A stretch of DNA of 64,000 nucleotides from Candidatus Dormiibacterota bacterium (lineage in GTDB: Bacteria; Chloroflexota; Dormibacteria; Aeolococcales; Aeolococcaceae). Of this stretch, positions 37,683-47,091 are shown piece after piece. Where the stretch lies: contig CAWGML010000002.1 in assembly GCA_963823765.1 (NCBI GenBank), forward strand, positions 231,626 to 295,625, written 5' to 3'. Position 1 is the stretch's first letter, and each line of letters begins with the position of its first letter. A model generated the notes under the pieces. The model ran no database searches, was not told the origin of the DNA, and saw only the letters and a program-made list of their open reading frames with translations. The translations under genes were made by a program, and so were the position numbers.

Positions 37683-39254
37683 ATGTCGAGAGGGAACGTG
37701 CGGCACACCGCCGAGGGCCGCGAGCGCCGCCTCGGGAACCGTCTGCGCACCGGCGCCGCGGGTGCGATCGTCGTCGGGGGGGCCATCTTCATGGGCGGCG
37801 CCGCCGGCCTCGTGACCGCGTTCGCGCACAGCGGAACCGTGTCCGTGGCGCAGGACTGCTCGACCTGGTCGGCATCCGTGTCGCTGGCCCAGAACGTCAC
37901 CGCGGACCGGTTCGTGGACGTGATCACCACCATCCCCGGCACCACCGGGTTCGTCAACCAGCACTTCAACCCCACCTACGGCGTGATCTGGGGGCCGAAG
38001 ACCGGTGCCGCGGTCCAGTCGGGCACCGTGACGCTGAAGATCTTCACGAACAACAATGGCCAGCCGGGCAGTCTCGAGTTCAGCCAGTCGGCCAGCCTGC
38101 CCATCCCGACCGGCTGCATGTCCTCGCCGACGCTCAGCACCGACGCCTCGGCGGGCGGCGCTGTCGGCACCGTCATCCATGACACCGCCACCTTGAGCGG
38201 AGCCAACGCACCCACCGGTGACATCGTGTTCACGCTGTACCCGGACCTCGCCTCGTGCAACGCTCACACCGGCGCGCTGTTCACGCATTCGTCGCCGCTG
38301 TCGACGAGCGCTCCCTTCATGGCGAACAGCACCGACTACACCACCAAGGGCGTCGGCACATTCCAGTGGCTGGCCTCCTACGCCGGTGACGCCCACAACC
38401 ACGCCGCGTCGAGCGCCTGCGGTTCCGAGCCCGTCTCGATCACCAAGGCGTCGGCCGCGATCGTCACCCACCAGTCCGCCGGCGGCCCGGTGGGAACAGT
38501 GCTCAGCGACACAGCGACAGTGACCGGCAGCGCGGGCAGCCCCTCGGGCTCGGTCACCTTCAAGCTGTACCTGCCGAGCAACCCGACCTGCAGCGCCTCG
38601 GGCACGGCGCCGATCACCTCGACGGCCAACCTCACCAGCGTGACGCCCGGCGTCAGCAAGGCCGCCAGCGCCCCGCACACCAGCGCCGCCGTCGGCCAGT
38701 ACCACTGGGTCGCCGACTACAGCGGCGACAGCACCTACAAGCCTGCCGCGAGCGGTTGCGCGGACGAGCCCGTCACCACCGCGAAGGCGGCTCCCAGCAT
38801 CGCCACCACCGCATCCGCGGGCGGCGACGTCCCGGTCTCGGTGAGCGACTCGGCCACGGTCAGCGGTGGCGTCAACCCGACCGGTTCCGTCACCTTCACC
38901 CTGTACCCGAGCCTGGCGGACTGCACCGCCGGCACCAACGCGGTGGCTGGTTCCACCTCGACGGTGGCCCTCTCGGGCGGCAAGGCGAGCAGTGGCGCGG
39001 TCACGCTGACCACCGCCGGCACCTTCCAGTGGCAGGCCACCTACAGCGGTGACGCCAACAACGTCGGCATCGCCAGCAAGTGCGGGGACGAGCCTGTGAC
39101 CACCAACACCGGCGGCGTGCTCGCGATCACCACGCCACCGACCGGCTCGACCGGCTCGCTGGTCGGCGTCACACTCGGCGGCTTCATGCTCCTCGGCGGC
39201 CTGGGCGTGGCCCTGGTGGGATCCATGGTGCCGCGCCGCCGGCGCACCCAGTAA
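37683..39254 (+). CDS. secreted surface protein with three Ig-like repeats and a C-terminal sorting-signal-like anchor
   Basis: GGAGG 6 nt before ATG 37683. N-terminal TM/signal GAAGAIVVGGAIFMGGAAGLVTAFA. Three ~105-aa repeats. C-terminus PPTGSTGSLVGVTLGGFMLLGGLGVALVGSMVPRRRRTQ. Confidence 0.8.
   Translation: MSRGNVRHTAEGRERRLGNRLRTGAAGAIVVGGAIFMGGAAGLVTAFAHSGTVSVAQDCSTWSASVSLAQNVTADRFVDVITTIPGTTGFVNQHFNPTYGVIWGPKTGAAVQSGTVTLKIFTNNNGQPGSLEFSQSASLPIPTGCMSSPTLSTDASAGGAVGTVIHDTATLSGANAPTGDIVFTLYPDLASCNAHTGALFTHSSPLSTSAPFMANSTDYTTKGVGTFQWLASYAGDAHNHAASSACGSEPVSITKASAAIVTHQSAGGPVGTVLSDTATVTGSAGSPSGSVTFKLYLPSNPTCSASGTAPITSTANLTSVTPGVSKAASAPHTSAAVGQYHWVADYSGDSTYKPAASGCADEPVTTAKAAPSIATTASAGGDVPVSVSDSATVSGGVNPTGSVTFTLYPSLADCTAGTNAVAGSTSTVALSGGKASSGAVTLTTAGTFQWQATYSGDANNVGIASKCGDEPVTTNTGGVLAITTPPTGSTGSLVGVTLGGFMLLGGLGVALVGSMVPRRRRTQ
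38127..39104 (+). repeat. three tandem ~320-nt coding repeats (Ig-like modules)
   Basis: Each unit reads xSAGGxVGTVxxDTATxxGxxxPxGxVTFxLY...C...GTFQW.AxYxGDxxxxxxxSxCGxEPVxxT, with one conserved Cys pair per unit. Confidence 0.75.
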
Positions 39255-39268
39255 CCGTCTGCGAACCC

Positions 39269-39300
39269 AAAAGGGCCGGTGCCGGCGCACCGGCCCTTTT
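39269..39300 (+). terminator. rho-independent terminator
   Basis: Perfect 14-bp stem AAAAGGGCCGGTGC-CGGC-GCACCGGCCCTTTT ending in a T run, 15 nt after the stop. Confidence 0.8.
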
Positions 39301-39321
39301 CTTGTGCACAGTGCTGCGGCC

Positions 39322-40092
39322 ATGAGCACGCTGGTCGTCGGCGCGGACGCGGTCCTGCCGGAACGCTATACGGCTGAGGCGACGCTCGTCTTCGACGCCG
39401 ACGAGCGAGCCCGCTTCCTCGACGAGGCCGGCCGCCCGCGCCACCCGGACGAGGTTGCCTGGGAGTTGCTCTACCGCATCGAGCCTGAGCTGTACGACCG
39501 GCTGGTCGCCGGCGAGCGGTTGCACGACGGCATCCTGCAGTGGTTGCCGGACCAGTGCGGCAGCGCGCTCGAGATCGGTGCCGGGGCAGGCCGGCTGACG
39601 CTCGACCTCGCCCCCCGGTGCCTGAGGCTGGCGGCGGTCGAACCCGCAGCCGGGTTGAGGCGCATCCTCGAAGAGCGCCTGCTCGCCGCCGGCATGACCA
39701 ACACGACGGTGCTCCGCGGCTTCTTCGACTCCCTGCCGTCGCCGGGGGCCGAGTACGACCTGGTGATCAGCTGCTCCGCCTTCGCCGTGGACGCGGTGGC
39801 GCGCCCCGAGGAGTGCGTGCGCGCCATGGAGAGCCGCTGCGCCCCCGGTGGCCTGGTCGTGCTGGTCTGGCCGAGCGACGTGCCCTGGCTTGGCGAGCGG
39901 GGCTTCGAGCACGTCGTCTTCGAGGGCCCGATGGTCGTCGAGTACTCCTCGCCGGAGGAGGCGGTCGCCCTGGCCCGGGTCTTCTACCCCCAGGCGGTCG
40001 AGGCCGTCCAGGCCGCCGGCTCGCGCTTCGTCGACTTCACCACCCTGGGGTTGCGACCACCGCGCGACCTCTGCTGGAAACGGCCGCGGTGA
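39322..40092 (+). CDS. class I SAM-dependent methyltransferase
   Basis: ALEIGAGAGRLTLDLA (motif I), DLVISCSAF. ATG 39322 chosen because GTG 39304 lies in the terminator tail. Confidence 0.8.
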   Translation: MSTLVVGADAVLPERYTAEATLVFDADERARFLDEAGRPRHPDEVAWELLYRIEPELYDRLVAGERLHDGILQWLPDQCGSALEIGAGAGRLTLDLAPRCLRLAAVEPAAGLRRILEERLLAAGMTNTTVLRGFFDSLPSPGAEYDLVISCSAFAVDAVARPEECVRAMESRCAPGGLVVLVWPSDVPWLGERGFEHVVFEGPMVVEYSSPEEAVALARVFYPQAVEAVQAAGSRFVDFTTLGLRPPRDLCWKRPR

Positions 40093-40123
40093 TTGGCTGT
40101 CGAGACCGCACCCGGAGGGCCGT

Positions 40124-41203
40124 GTGCGCCTCGCGCTGATCGCCCCCCTGGTCACGCCGATCAACGAGGTTCACCTCGGTGGCGCGCAGGCCGTGGTCGC
40201 GGACCTTGCGCGCGCGCTCACCGCTCGCCGGCACGACGTGGTGGTGTACGCGGCCCGCGGTTCGTCGATCGACGGCGTCACCATGGCCGCGATCGAGGTC
40301 GATTCCAGCGCGCTTGGCGTCGACCTCTTCCGTGCCGGGCAGGAAAGGCTCGCGTCGGCGGCGATGGTGGCGGCGTACCGGGCTGTCTACGAGCACGTGC
40401 GCGGCCGGCGCTTCGACGTTGTGCACAACCACGGTTTCGACGTCCCGGCGATCAGCGTCGCGGCCGAGATGGACGTCCCGGCGCTGCACACGCTCCACCT
40501 GCCGCCGTCGCGCGCGGTCGCGGATGCCATCGACCGGGTGCGACGCGGCGACGGCTCGGTATGGTGCGCCGCGGTGTCCGAGTCCCACGCTGCGTCCTGG
40601 GCGCGGCTGGTCGCCATTGACGCCGTCCTGTGCAACGGTGTCCCCACCGGCGAGATCCCGTTCCGCGCGCAGGCAGAGCGGTCCGCGATCATCGCGGCTC
40701 GCTTCAGCGCCGAGAAGGGCGTCGACGAGGGCATCGCCTCCGCGCGCCTGGCCGGCCTGCCGGTCGACGTGTACGGCAGCGCGTATGACGAGGCGTACGA
40801 GGAAGTGGTCCATCGTCGCTGGGAGGACGACGCCGGCGTGCGTTTCCACGCACCGGTGCCGCGCACACAGCTGTGGCAGGCCCTGGGCACAGCCGCAGCC
40901 GCGCTCTGCCTGTCACGCTGGGATGAGCCATTCGGGATGGTCGCCGCCGAGGCGCAGGCGGCCGGGACCCCTGTGGTCGCGTCGCGCCTCGGTGGCCTGC
41001 CTGAGGTGGTGCGCGATGCGGTGACCGGGTACCTCGTGCCGCCGGGTGACGTCGCGGCCGCGGCCGAGGCGCTGGGCCGAGTCCATGGTCTCTCCCGTCG
41101 CGGGTGCCGCCGCCACGCGGAGTCCGCGTTGGGCCTCGCCGGCTCGGTCGACCGGCACGAGGAGCTGTACGCGCGCCTCGTCGCGGCAGGTACACCGCGC
41201 TAG
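40124..41203 (+). CDS. glycosyltransferase family 4 (GT-B)
   Basis: GGAQAVVADLARAL...DVVHNHG..., plus C-terminal EPFGMVAAEAQAAGTPVVASRLGGLPEVV. GGAGGG before GTG 40124. Confidence 0.85.
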   Translation: MRLALIAPLVTPINEVHLGGAQAVVADLARALTARRHDVVVYAARGSSIDGVTMAAIEVDSSALGVDLFRAGQERLASAAMVAAYRAVYEHVRGRRFDVVHNHGFDVPAISVAAEMDVPALHTLHLPPSRAVADAIDRVRRGDGSVWCAAVSESHAASWARLVAIDAVLCNGVPTGEIPFRAQAERSAIIAARFSAEKGVDEGIASARLAGLPVDVYGSAYDEAYEEVVHRRWEDDAGVRFHAPVPRTQLWQALGTAAAALCLSRWDEPFGMVAAEAQAAGTPVVASRLGGLPEVVRDAVTGYLVPPGDVAAAAEALGRVHGLSRRGCRRHAESALGLAGSVDRHEELYARLVAAGTPR

Positions 41204-41242
41204 GCTGGCGTCACGGAGTGTCAACAGCTCACAGGGGACACC

Positions 41243-41551
41243 ATGATGGCCACTGAGAAGCAGAAGGCCGCGGCTCGCCAGAACATCAAGAAGGCACAGA
41301 CCGCCAGCAGGAAAGGCGGCATGGACACGGGCAAACGCGACTCGCTCACGGACGCGACGTTTGCCTTCCCCAAGCAGCGCAAGGAGCCCCTCAACGACGC
41401 GCGCCACGTCCGCAACGCCATCTCCCGCTTCGACCAGGTCGAGGGAGTGAGCGACGCGGAACGGGACGCCGCGTGGAAGCGGATCAAGTCGGCAGCCAAG
41501 AAGTACGACGTGGAGGTCGAGGCCGACAGCTGGCGCGAGCTGGTCAAGTAA
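41243..41551 (+). CDS. conserved hypothetical protein (DUF6582-like, from memory)
   Basis: LTDATFAFPKQRKEPLNDARHVRNAISRFDQVEGVSDAERDAAWKRIKSAAKKYDV. Coding-like composition. Confidence 0.6.
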   Translation: MMATEKQKAAARQNIKKAQTASRKGGMDTGKRDSLTDATFAFPKQRKEPLNDARHVRNAISRFDQVEGVSDAERDAAWKRIKSAAKKYDVEVEADSWRELVK

Positions 41552-41590
41552 CCGGGCATCCATTCCCTCGCGTCGTGCGTAGGGAGGGGA

Positions 41591-42337
41591 GTGCAGGGAG
41601 TCGCCGACCGCGGCCGCCCGATGACCGTCATCCAGCACCTCGAGGAGCTGCGCAGGGTGCTGGCCATCTCGGCGATGGCGTGGGTGGTGGCGACGGTCCT
41701 GGCGTTCGTCTTCCATGCCGCGATCTTCGAGTTCCTGCTGCGCCCACTCACCTCGGTGCTGGGAAGGACCAACAACCACATCACCTCGACGGCCGTCTTC
41801 ACGAGCCCCACAGAGGGCCTGACCATCCCCATCAAGATCTCGGCGATCTCCGGGCTGGTGGGCGCTCTGCCCGTCATCCTCTGGCAGGTGTGGACGTTCG
41901 TCTCGCCCGGGCTGCGTCCGGTCGAGAAGAGGTTCGTGGGGCCCTTCGTTGCGTCCGCGTTCCTGTTGTTCCTCGGCGGCGCCGCGTTCGCCTACTTCGT
42001 GATGCCGATCGGTTTGAACTTCCTGGCCACGTTCCTCGGCAACAGCGCCGTGTACCTGCCCGACATCAACTCGTACCTCTCGTTCCTGCTCCTGCTGATC
42101 GTCGCGTTCGGCGTGACCTTCGAGCTGCCGGTGGTGGTGATCCTGCTCGGCGTGCTCGGCGTCGTCTCATCACAGCTCCTCCGGCGCAGGCGCAAAGCCA
42201 TCTGGGTTGGCATCGTCGTGGCCTCCTTGCTGGTCACCCCGGGAGCAGACCCCTACACCCCGACGGCGCTGTTCGTCCCCTTGATCATCTTCTTCGAGGC
42301 CTCGATCCTCATCCTCGACAAGGTGCTCAAGCGCTGA
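41591..42337 (+). CDS. tatC: twin-arginine translocase subunit TatC
   Basis: MTVIQHLEELRRVL...six TM helices...FELPVVVILLGVLGVV...DPYTP. Start is either GTG 41591 or ATG 41621. Confidence 0.85.
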   Translation: MQGVADRGRPMTVIQHLEELRRVLAISAMAWVVATVLAFVFHAAIFEFLLRPLTSVLGRTNNHITSTAVFTSPTEGLTIPIKISAISGLVGALPVILWQVWTFVSPGLRPVEKRFVGPFVASAFLLFLGGAAFAYFVMPIGLNFLATFLGNSAVYLPDINSYLSFLLLLIVAFGVTFELPVVVILLGVLGVVSSQLLRRRRKAIWVGIVVASLLVTPGADPYTPTALFVPLIIFFEASILILDKVLKR

Positions 42338-42387
42338 GCAGCCGGCCTGCCTGAGGCGAGGACGGTGCGGGATCCGATACTGCGTCG

Positions 42388-43986
42388 ATGGGTTTCATCG
42401 AGGTGTCCGGCCTGCGTCACGTGCTCGGCGATGGCCGTGTCCTGTTCGACGACGTGTCGTTCCGGGTGGCCGACGGTTCCAAGTCCGCGCTGATCGGTCC
42501 CAACGGCGCCGGCAAGACGACGTTGCTGCGGATGATCGCGGGAGACATCACGCCGTCATCCGGCACCATCTCCAGCCGCGGCGGTGTCGGGGTCATGCGC
42601 CAGTTCATCGGGTCGATCCGCGACGAGAGCACCATCCGCGACATCCTCGTGGCGGTGTCGCGCCCGTCGATCCGAGCCGCCCGAGCGGCGCTGGACGACG
42701 CCGAGCGACGACTGTTCGCCGACGACAGTGCGGTCGCGGCCACCGCGCACGCGCAGGCCATCGCGGACTGGAGCGAGGCGGGCGGCTACGACGCCGAGGT
42801 GGTGTGGAACCTCTGCACGCAGGCTGCGCTCGGGCAGTCCTACGACGATGCCTGGTCGCGACCCGTCGCTGAGCTGAGCGGTGGCGAGCAGAAACGACTG
42901 GTGCTGGAGGCGCTGCTGCGCGGTGGCGACCAGGTGCTGCTCCTCGACGAGCCGGACAACTACCTCGACGTCGACGGGAAGGAGTGGCTCGAGCAGGCGC
43001 TGCGGTCGACGCGCAAGACGGTGCTGTATGTCACCCACGACCGCGAGCTGCTGGCGCGCACCGCCCAACGCGCCATCACGATCGAAGCCGGCGCCGCGTG
43101 GACGCACGGGGGCGACTTCGCCGGCTACGCGCAGGCCCGACGATCGCGCCACGAGCGGCAGGAGGAGGTGCACCGGCGCTGGTCGGAGGAGCACGAAAGG
43201 CTGCGCACCTACGTGCGCACGCTGCAGCAGCAGGCCGCGCGCAGCGCCGACATGGCGTCGCGCTACCGCGCCGCGCAGACGCGGCTGGCGCGCTTCGAGG
43301 CCGAGGGCCCACCGCCGGAGCGGCCGCGCGAGCAGAACCTGCGCATGCGCCTGCGCGGAGCTCGAACCGGCCTGGTCGTGCTGGTGTGCGAGGGCCTCGA
43401 GCTCACCGGCCTCACCCGCGCCTTCGACCTCGAGGTGTACTACGGCGAGCGCCTCGGCGTCGTCGGGCCCAATGGATCGGGGAAGTCACATTTCCTGCGA
43501 CTGCTGGGCGGGGGAGAGGTCGCTCACTCCGGGCGGTGGCGCCTCGGCGCTCGGGTCGTCGCCGGGAGCTTCTCGCAGCTGCACCGGCGCGCCGACCTCC
43601 ACGACCGCACCCTCGTGGACGCTCTCCACGATCACCGGCTCGACCGCGGCCAGGCGATCGGGACCCTGCGCCGCTATGAGCTCGGCGGCCAGGCGGACCA
43701 GCCGTTCAGCACGCTCTCGGGCGGACAGCAGGCGCGCTTCCAGATCCTCCTGCTCGAACTGGGTGGCGCCACGTTGCTGTTGCTCGACGAGCCCACCGAC
43801 AACCTCGACCTGGAGAGCGCGCAGGCTCTCGAGGACGGGCTCGCCGGCTTCGACGGAACGGTCATCGCGGTCACCCACGACCGCTGGTTCGCGCGCTCCT
43901 TCGACCGCTTCCTTGTGTTCGGCGCCGACGGCGAGGTGTGCGAGTCGGACGCGCCCGGGTGGGCGGAGGCGCCGCGCACGTCATGA
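42388..43986 (+). CDS. ABC-F family ATPase (two ABC cassettes, no TMD)
   Basis: GPNGAGKTTLL / LSGGEQKRL / LLLDEPDNYLD and GPNGSGKSHFL / LSGGQQARF / LLLDEPTDNLD. Confidence 0.9.
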   Translation: MGFIEVSGLRHVLGDGRVLFDDVSFRVADGSKSALIGPNGAGKTTLLRMIAGDITPSSGTISSRGGVGVMRQFIGSIRDESTIRDILVAVSRPSIRAARAALDDAERRLFADDSAVAATAHAQAIADWSEAGGYDAEVVWNLCTQAALGQSYDDAWSRPVAELSGGEQKRLVLEALLRGGDQVLLLDEPDNYLDVDGKEWLEQALRSTRKTVLYVTHDRELLARTAQRAITIEAGAAWTHGGDFAGYAQARRSRHERQEEVHRRWSEEHERLRTYVRTLQQQAARSADMASRYRAAQTRLARFEAEGPPPERPREQNLRMRLRGARTGLVVLVCEGLELTGLTRAFDLEVYYGERLGVVGPNGSGKSHFLRLLGGGEVAHSGRWRLGARVVAGSFSQLHRRADLHDRTLVDALHDHRLDRGQAIGTLRRYELGGQADQPFSTLSGGQQARFQILLLELGGATLLLLDEPTDNLDLESAQALEDGLAGFDGTVIAVTHDRWFARSFDRFLVFGADGEVCESDAPGWAEAPRTS

Positions 43987-43998
43987 GCCGCGCGTGCG

Positions 43999-44682
43999 TC
44001 AGCGGCTGCGTCCGATCCACTCGGCGAAGCCGGCCATCAGCCGGCGCGACGTCTGCGCGTCGCGCATCTCCTCGGGATGCCATTGCACGCTCATGAGCAG
44101 CAGCTCCTCGGACTCGAGGGCCTCCACGCACCCGTCGAGGCTGTGTGCCACCGCGCGCAGAGGATCGGCCACCACATCGATGGCCTGGTGGTGCCCGCTG
44201 TTTACCTGCGCGCTGTCGACACCGAGGAGATGGTGGAGGTGCGTGCCGGCGTCGATGCGCACCTCGTGGACGCTCTCCCCGGGGTCGTCCGCCCACTGCG
44301 GGTGGTCGATGTGCTGGTGCAGCGTGCCGCCGAGCGCGACGTTGAGCAACTGCTGCCCCCTGCAGATGCCGAGCACCGGACGCCCCGCGGCGCGCGCCGC
44401 ATGGAAGAACTCCATCTCGAGGTCATCGAGCTCGGGCGTGACCGCCTCGAGGTCCGGGCTCGGCTCCTGGCCGTACAGCGACGGGGCGATGTCCGGACCG
44501 CCGGGCAGGAGGAGGCCGTCGAGGCGGTCCAGCAGGCTGGTGGCCACCCCCGGGGTGATGAGGACAGGCGTCAGGCCCGCCTCCACCATGAGGCGCGCGT
44601 ACTTGAGGGCGTTCTCACCGGGGCGCGACGAGCGGTCCACCAGGTCGTCGCTCCAGGTGATCCCCACCGCCGGGGTGGTCAT
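43999..44682 (-). CDS. class I glutamine amidotransferase, peptidase C26 (gamma-glutamyl-GABA hydrolase-like)
   Basis: LLLPGGPDI...PVLGICRGQQLLNVALGGTL...VQWHPE. ATG 44682. Confidence 0.85.
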   Translation of the reverse strand: MTTPAVGITWSDDLVDRSSRPGENALKYARLMVEAGLTPVLITPGVATSLLDRLDGLLLPGGPDIAPSLYGQEPSPDLEAVTPELDDLEMEFFHAARAAGRPVLGICRGQQLLNVALGGTLHQHIDHPQWADDPGESVHEVRIDAGTHLHHLLGVDSAQVNSGHHQAIDVVADPLRAVAHSLDGCVEALESEELLLMSVQWHPEEMRDAQTSRRLMAGFAEWIGRSR

Positions 44683-44737
44683 CCGCCCCGTCTCGGGTGC
44701 GCTTCGAACTGCGTCATGAGGGTCGTAGGATGACCGC

Positions 44738-45427
44738 ATGGGTGGCACGGCGGTCGTCTGCGGCGCCAGCGGTGGCCTCGGCCCCGCCGTCGCCGCCGCT
44801 CTCGCCGCGGGTCACTCGCGCGTTGTCGGTGTGGCGTCTCCGCGCCAGTCGGGGAGCGAGCTGGCGGCGATCTCGCCGGGCACCCACTGGGAGCGGGCCG
44901 ACCTGACCGACCCGGACTCGGTGGAGGACCTGTGGGAGCGCCTCGACAGGCTGTCGGGCGACGTCGACGCGGTGGTGAACGTCACCGGCGGCTTCAGCGC
45001 CGGCACGGTCATCGACACCAGCCCGGCCGACGTCATGCGCATGTTCGCGCTCAACCTGCGCACCGCGTGGTGGTCGAGCCGGGCGGCGGCGACGCGGATG
45101 CGCAGCGCCGGCACCGGCAGCATCGTCAACGTGGGCTCGCGGTCGGCCCTGGTCGGGGGCGACGGAGCGGCCGCGTACTCGGTCGCCAAGGCGGCGGTGA
45201 TCCGGTTCACCGAGGTCCTCGCGGCCGAGCTCAAGACCACGGGCGTGCGTGTCAACGCCGTCGTCCCGGCGGTCATCGACACCCCGGCGAACCGCTCATG
45301 GATGAAGCCCGCGGACCTCGCCAAGGCGGTGTCGCCCAGCGCCATCGCCGGCGTGGTCGCGTTCCTGTGCAGTGACGACGCTGCGGCCATCACCGGCGCC
45401 ACGGTCCCGGTGTATGGCAGCTTCTGA
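44738..45427 (+). CDS. SDR family oxidoreductase
   Basis: [14 protein letters not shown]..., YSVAKAA (YxxxK), [10 protein letters not shown]. Confidence 0.85.
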   Translation: MGGTAVVCGASGGLGPAVAAALAAGHSRVVGVASPRQSGSELAAISPGTHWERADLTDPDSVEDLWERLDRLSGDVDAVVNVTGGFSAGTVIDTSPADVMRMFALNLRTAWWSSRAAATRMRSAGTGSIVNVGSRSALVGGDGAAAYSVAKAAVIRFTEVLAAELKTTGVRVNAVVPAVIDTPANRSWMKPADLAKAVSPSAIAGVVAFLCSDDAAAITGATVPVYGSF

Positions 45428-45728
45428 GCCCGCGGCGGCGATCACCCCCGAGGACGCCTACCGGGCGCTGAAGGCGCACCGCTCGTGGATCGTCGAGCGT
45501 GACCGCATCCACCGCGACCTGCGCTTCACGTCGTTCGCGGCAGCGATGGAGTTCGTCGACCGCGTCGCCGCCCTCGCCGAGACCCTCGGTCACCATCCCA
45601 ACATCCGCGTGCATGAATGGTGCTTCGTGGAGTTGGAGATCTACTCGCACGTCAGCGGCGGCCTGACCCGGCGCGACGTGGACCTGGCCGCCGCCATCGA
45701 CGCCCTGCTCGACGACCAGCCCGGCTAG
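45414..45728 (+). CDS. 4a-hydroxytetrahydrobiopterin dehydratase (PCD/DCoH)
   Basis: [45 protein letters not shown] 45414 overlaps the SDR 3' end by 14 nt. Confidence 0.8.
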   Translation: MAASEPAAAITPEDAYRALKAHRSWIVERDRIHRDLRFTSFAAAMEFVDRVAALAETLGHHPNIRVHEWCFVELEIYSHVSGGLTRRDVDLAAAIDALLDDQPG

Positions 45729-45752
45729 CCGCGCTGCTCTATCCTCGCGGCT

Positions 45753-46589
45753 GTGCGGCTGGCCACCTGGAACGTCAACTCACTCGCGGCGCGCATGCCC
45801 CGCGTCGTCGACTGGCTGGCGGCCACGCGTCCGGACATCCTCTGCCTCCAGGAGACCAAGCTGGCCGACGCGGCCTTCCCGCATGCGCAGCTCAACGAGC
45901 TCGGGTACGAGGCCGCGGTGCACGGGAGTGGGCAGTGGAACGGGGTCGCGATCGTCTCGGCGGTCGGGCTCGCCGACGTCCGCCGCGGTTTCGAGGGCGA
46001 GCCCGGCTTCCCGGAGACGGAGGCGCGGGCCCTCAGCGCCACCTGCGGTGGCACCCGCGTGTGGTCCCTGTACGTGCCCAACGGGCGCACCGTCGACAGC
46101 CCGCACTTCGCGTACAAGCTGGCATGGCTGGCGGCCGTGCGCGGCGCGATCGCGGCCGACGCCGCGACGTCCCCGGCGATGGCGGTGTGCGGTGACTTCA
46201 ACGTCGCGCCAGCTGACGCCGACGTCTGGGATCCCGGCGCGTTCGTCGGCTCGACGCACGTGACACCGTCCGAGAGAGCCGCGGTGGCCTCGCTGCTGGA
46301 GATCGGGCTGGTCGACGTCGAGGCACGCGCGCTCAAGGGCGACCGCCCGTTCACGTACTGGGACTACCGGGCCGGCAACTTCCACAAGGGCCTGGGCATG
46401 CGCATCGACCTCGTCCTGCTCAGCACTTCCCTTGCCGCGCTGGTCAGCGACGCGTACGTCGACCGCGACGCACGCAAGGGCAAGCTCCCCTCGGACCACG
46501 CCCCGGTTGTCGTCGACCTCGACATCGCGCCCGCCGGCGCGCCCGCAGCGTCCCCTGGCGTGCAGGCGGGCGCTGCCCCGGCCGTCTGA
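45753..46589 (+). CDS. xthA: exodeoxyribonuclease III
   Basis: MRLATWNVNSL...DILCLQETK...GDFNVAP...RIDLVL...SDHAPVVVDL. Confidence 0.9.
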   Translation: MRLATWNVNSLAARMPRVVDWLAATRPDILCLQETKLADAAFPHAQLNELGYEAAVHGSGQWNGVAIVSAVGLADVRRGFEGEPGFPETEARALSATCGGTRVWSLYVPNGRTVDSPHFAYKLAWLAAVRGAIAADAATSPAMAVCGDFNVAPADADVWDPGAFVGSTHVTPSERAAVASLLEIGLVDVEARALKGDRPFTYWDYRAGNFHKGLGMRIDLVLLSTSLAALVSDAYVDRDARKGKLPSDHAPVVVDLDIAPAGAPAASPGVQAGAAPAV

Positions 46590-46591
46590 GC

Positions 46592-47083
46592 GTGGCCCTC
46601 GGGGTCCGGCGCGGCGGCGCCGCCGACATCGACTCGCTGCAGGCGCTGTGGATGTCGATGGTGGACCATCACCGCGCGGTGGCGGGCGCGGATTGGCCGG
46701 TGCGGCCCTCCGAGGCCGCCTGGCGGATCCGACGCGAGGAGTACCGCGCCTGGCTCGCTGATGGCTCGGGCACGCTGTTCGTCGCCGGTGCGGATGCCGA
46801 CGCGCCCGTCGGGTACGCCATGCTGCGCATGCACGAGCCGGGTGCGACGTGGGATCTCGGCGCGCAGGTGGGGGAGGTGGAGTCGCTCGCGGTTGCCGCG
46901 GACGCGCGTGGCGCCGGGGTTGGCACGCGCCTGCTCGCCTCCTGCCGCGACGAGCTGCGCGGCCGGGGGATCCGCTACTGGTCGGTGGCGGTGGTCGAGG
47001 CCAACGAGGGGGCGGTGCGCCTCTACGAACGCGAGGGCTTCCGCGCGTACTACCGGCTGCTCCTCGGCGAGGTCGGGGAGTAG
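46592..47083 (+). CDS. GNAT family N-acetyltransferase
   Basis: VESLAVAADARGAGVGTRLL...NEGAVRLYEREGF. Confidence 0.85.
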   Translation: MALGVRRGGAADIDSLQALWMSMVDHHRAVAGADWPVRPSEAAWRIRREEYRAWLADGSGTLFVAGADADAPVGYAMLRMHEPGATWDLGAQVGEVESLAVAADARGAGVGTRLLASCRDELRGRGIRYWSVAVVEANEGAVRLYEREGFRAYYRLLLGEVGE

Positions 47084-47091
47084 CCCGAGCC

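Noticed and set aside
37431-39329. 632-aa minus-strand ORF
   Set aside because: Antisense to the Ig-repeat surface protein, which has an RBS, a signal peptide, repeats and a terminator. The shadow ORF is R/G/A-rich.
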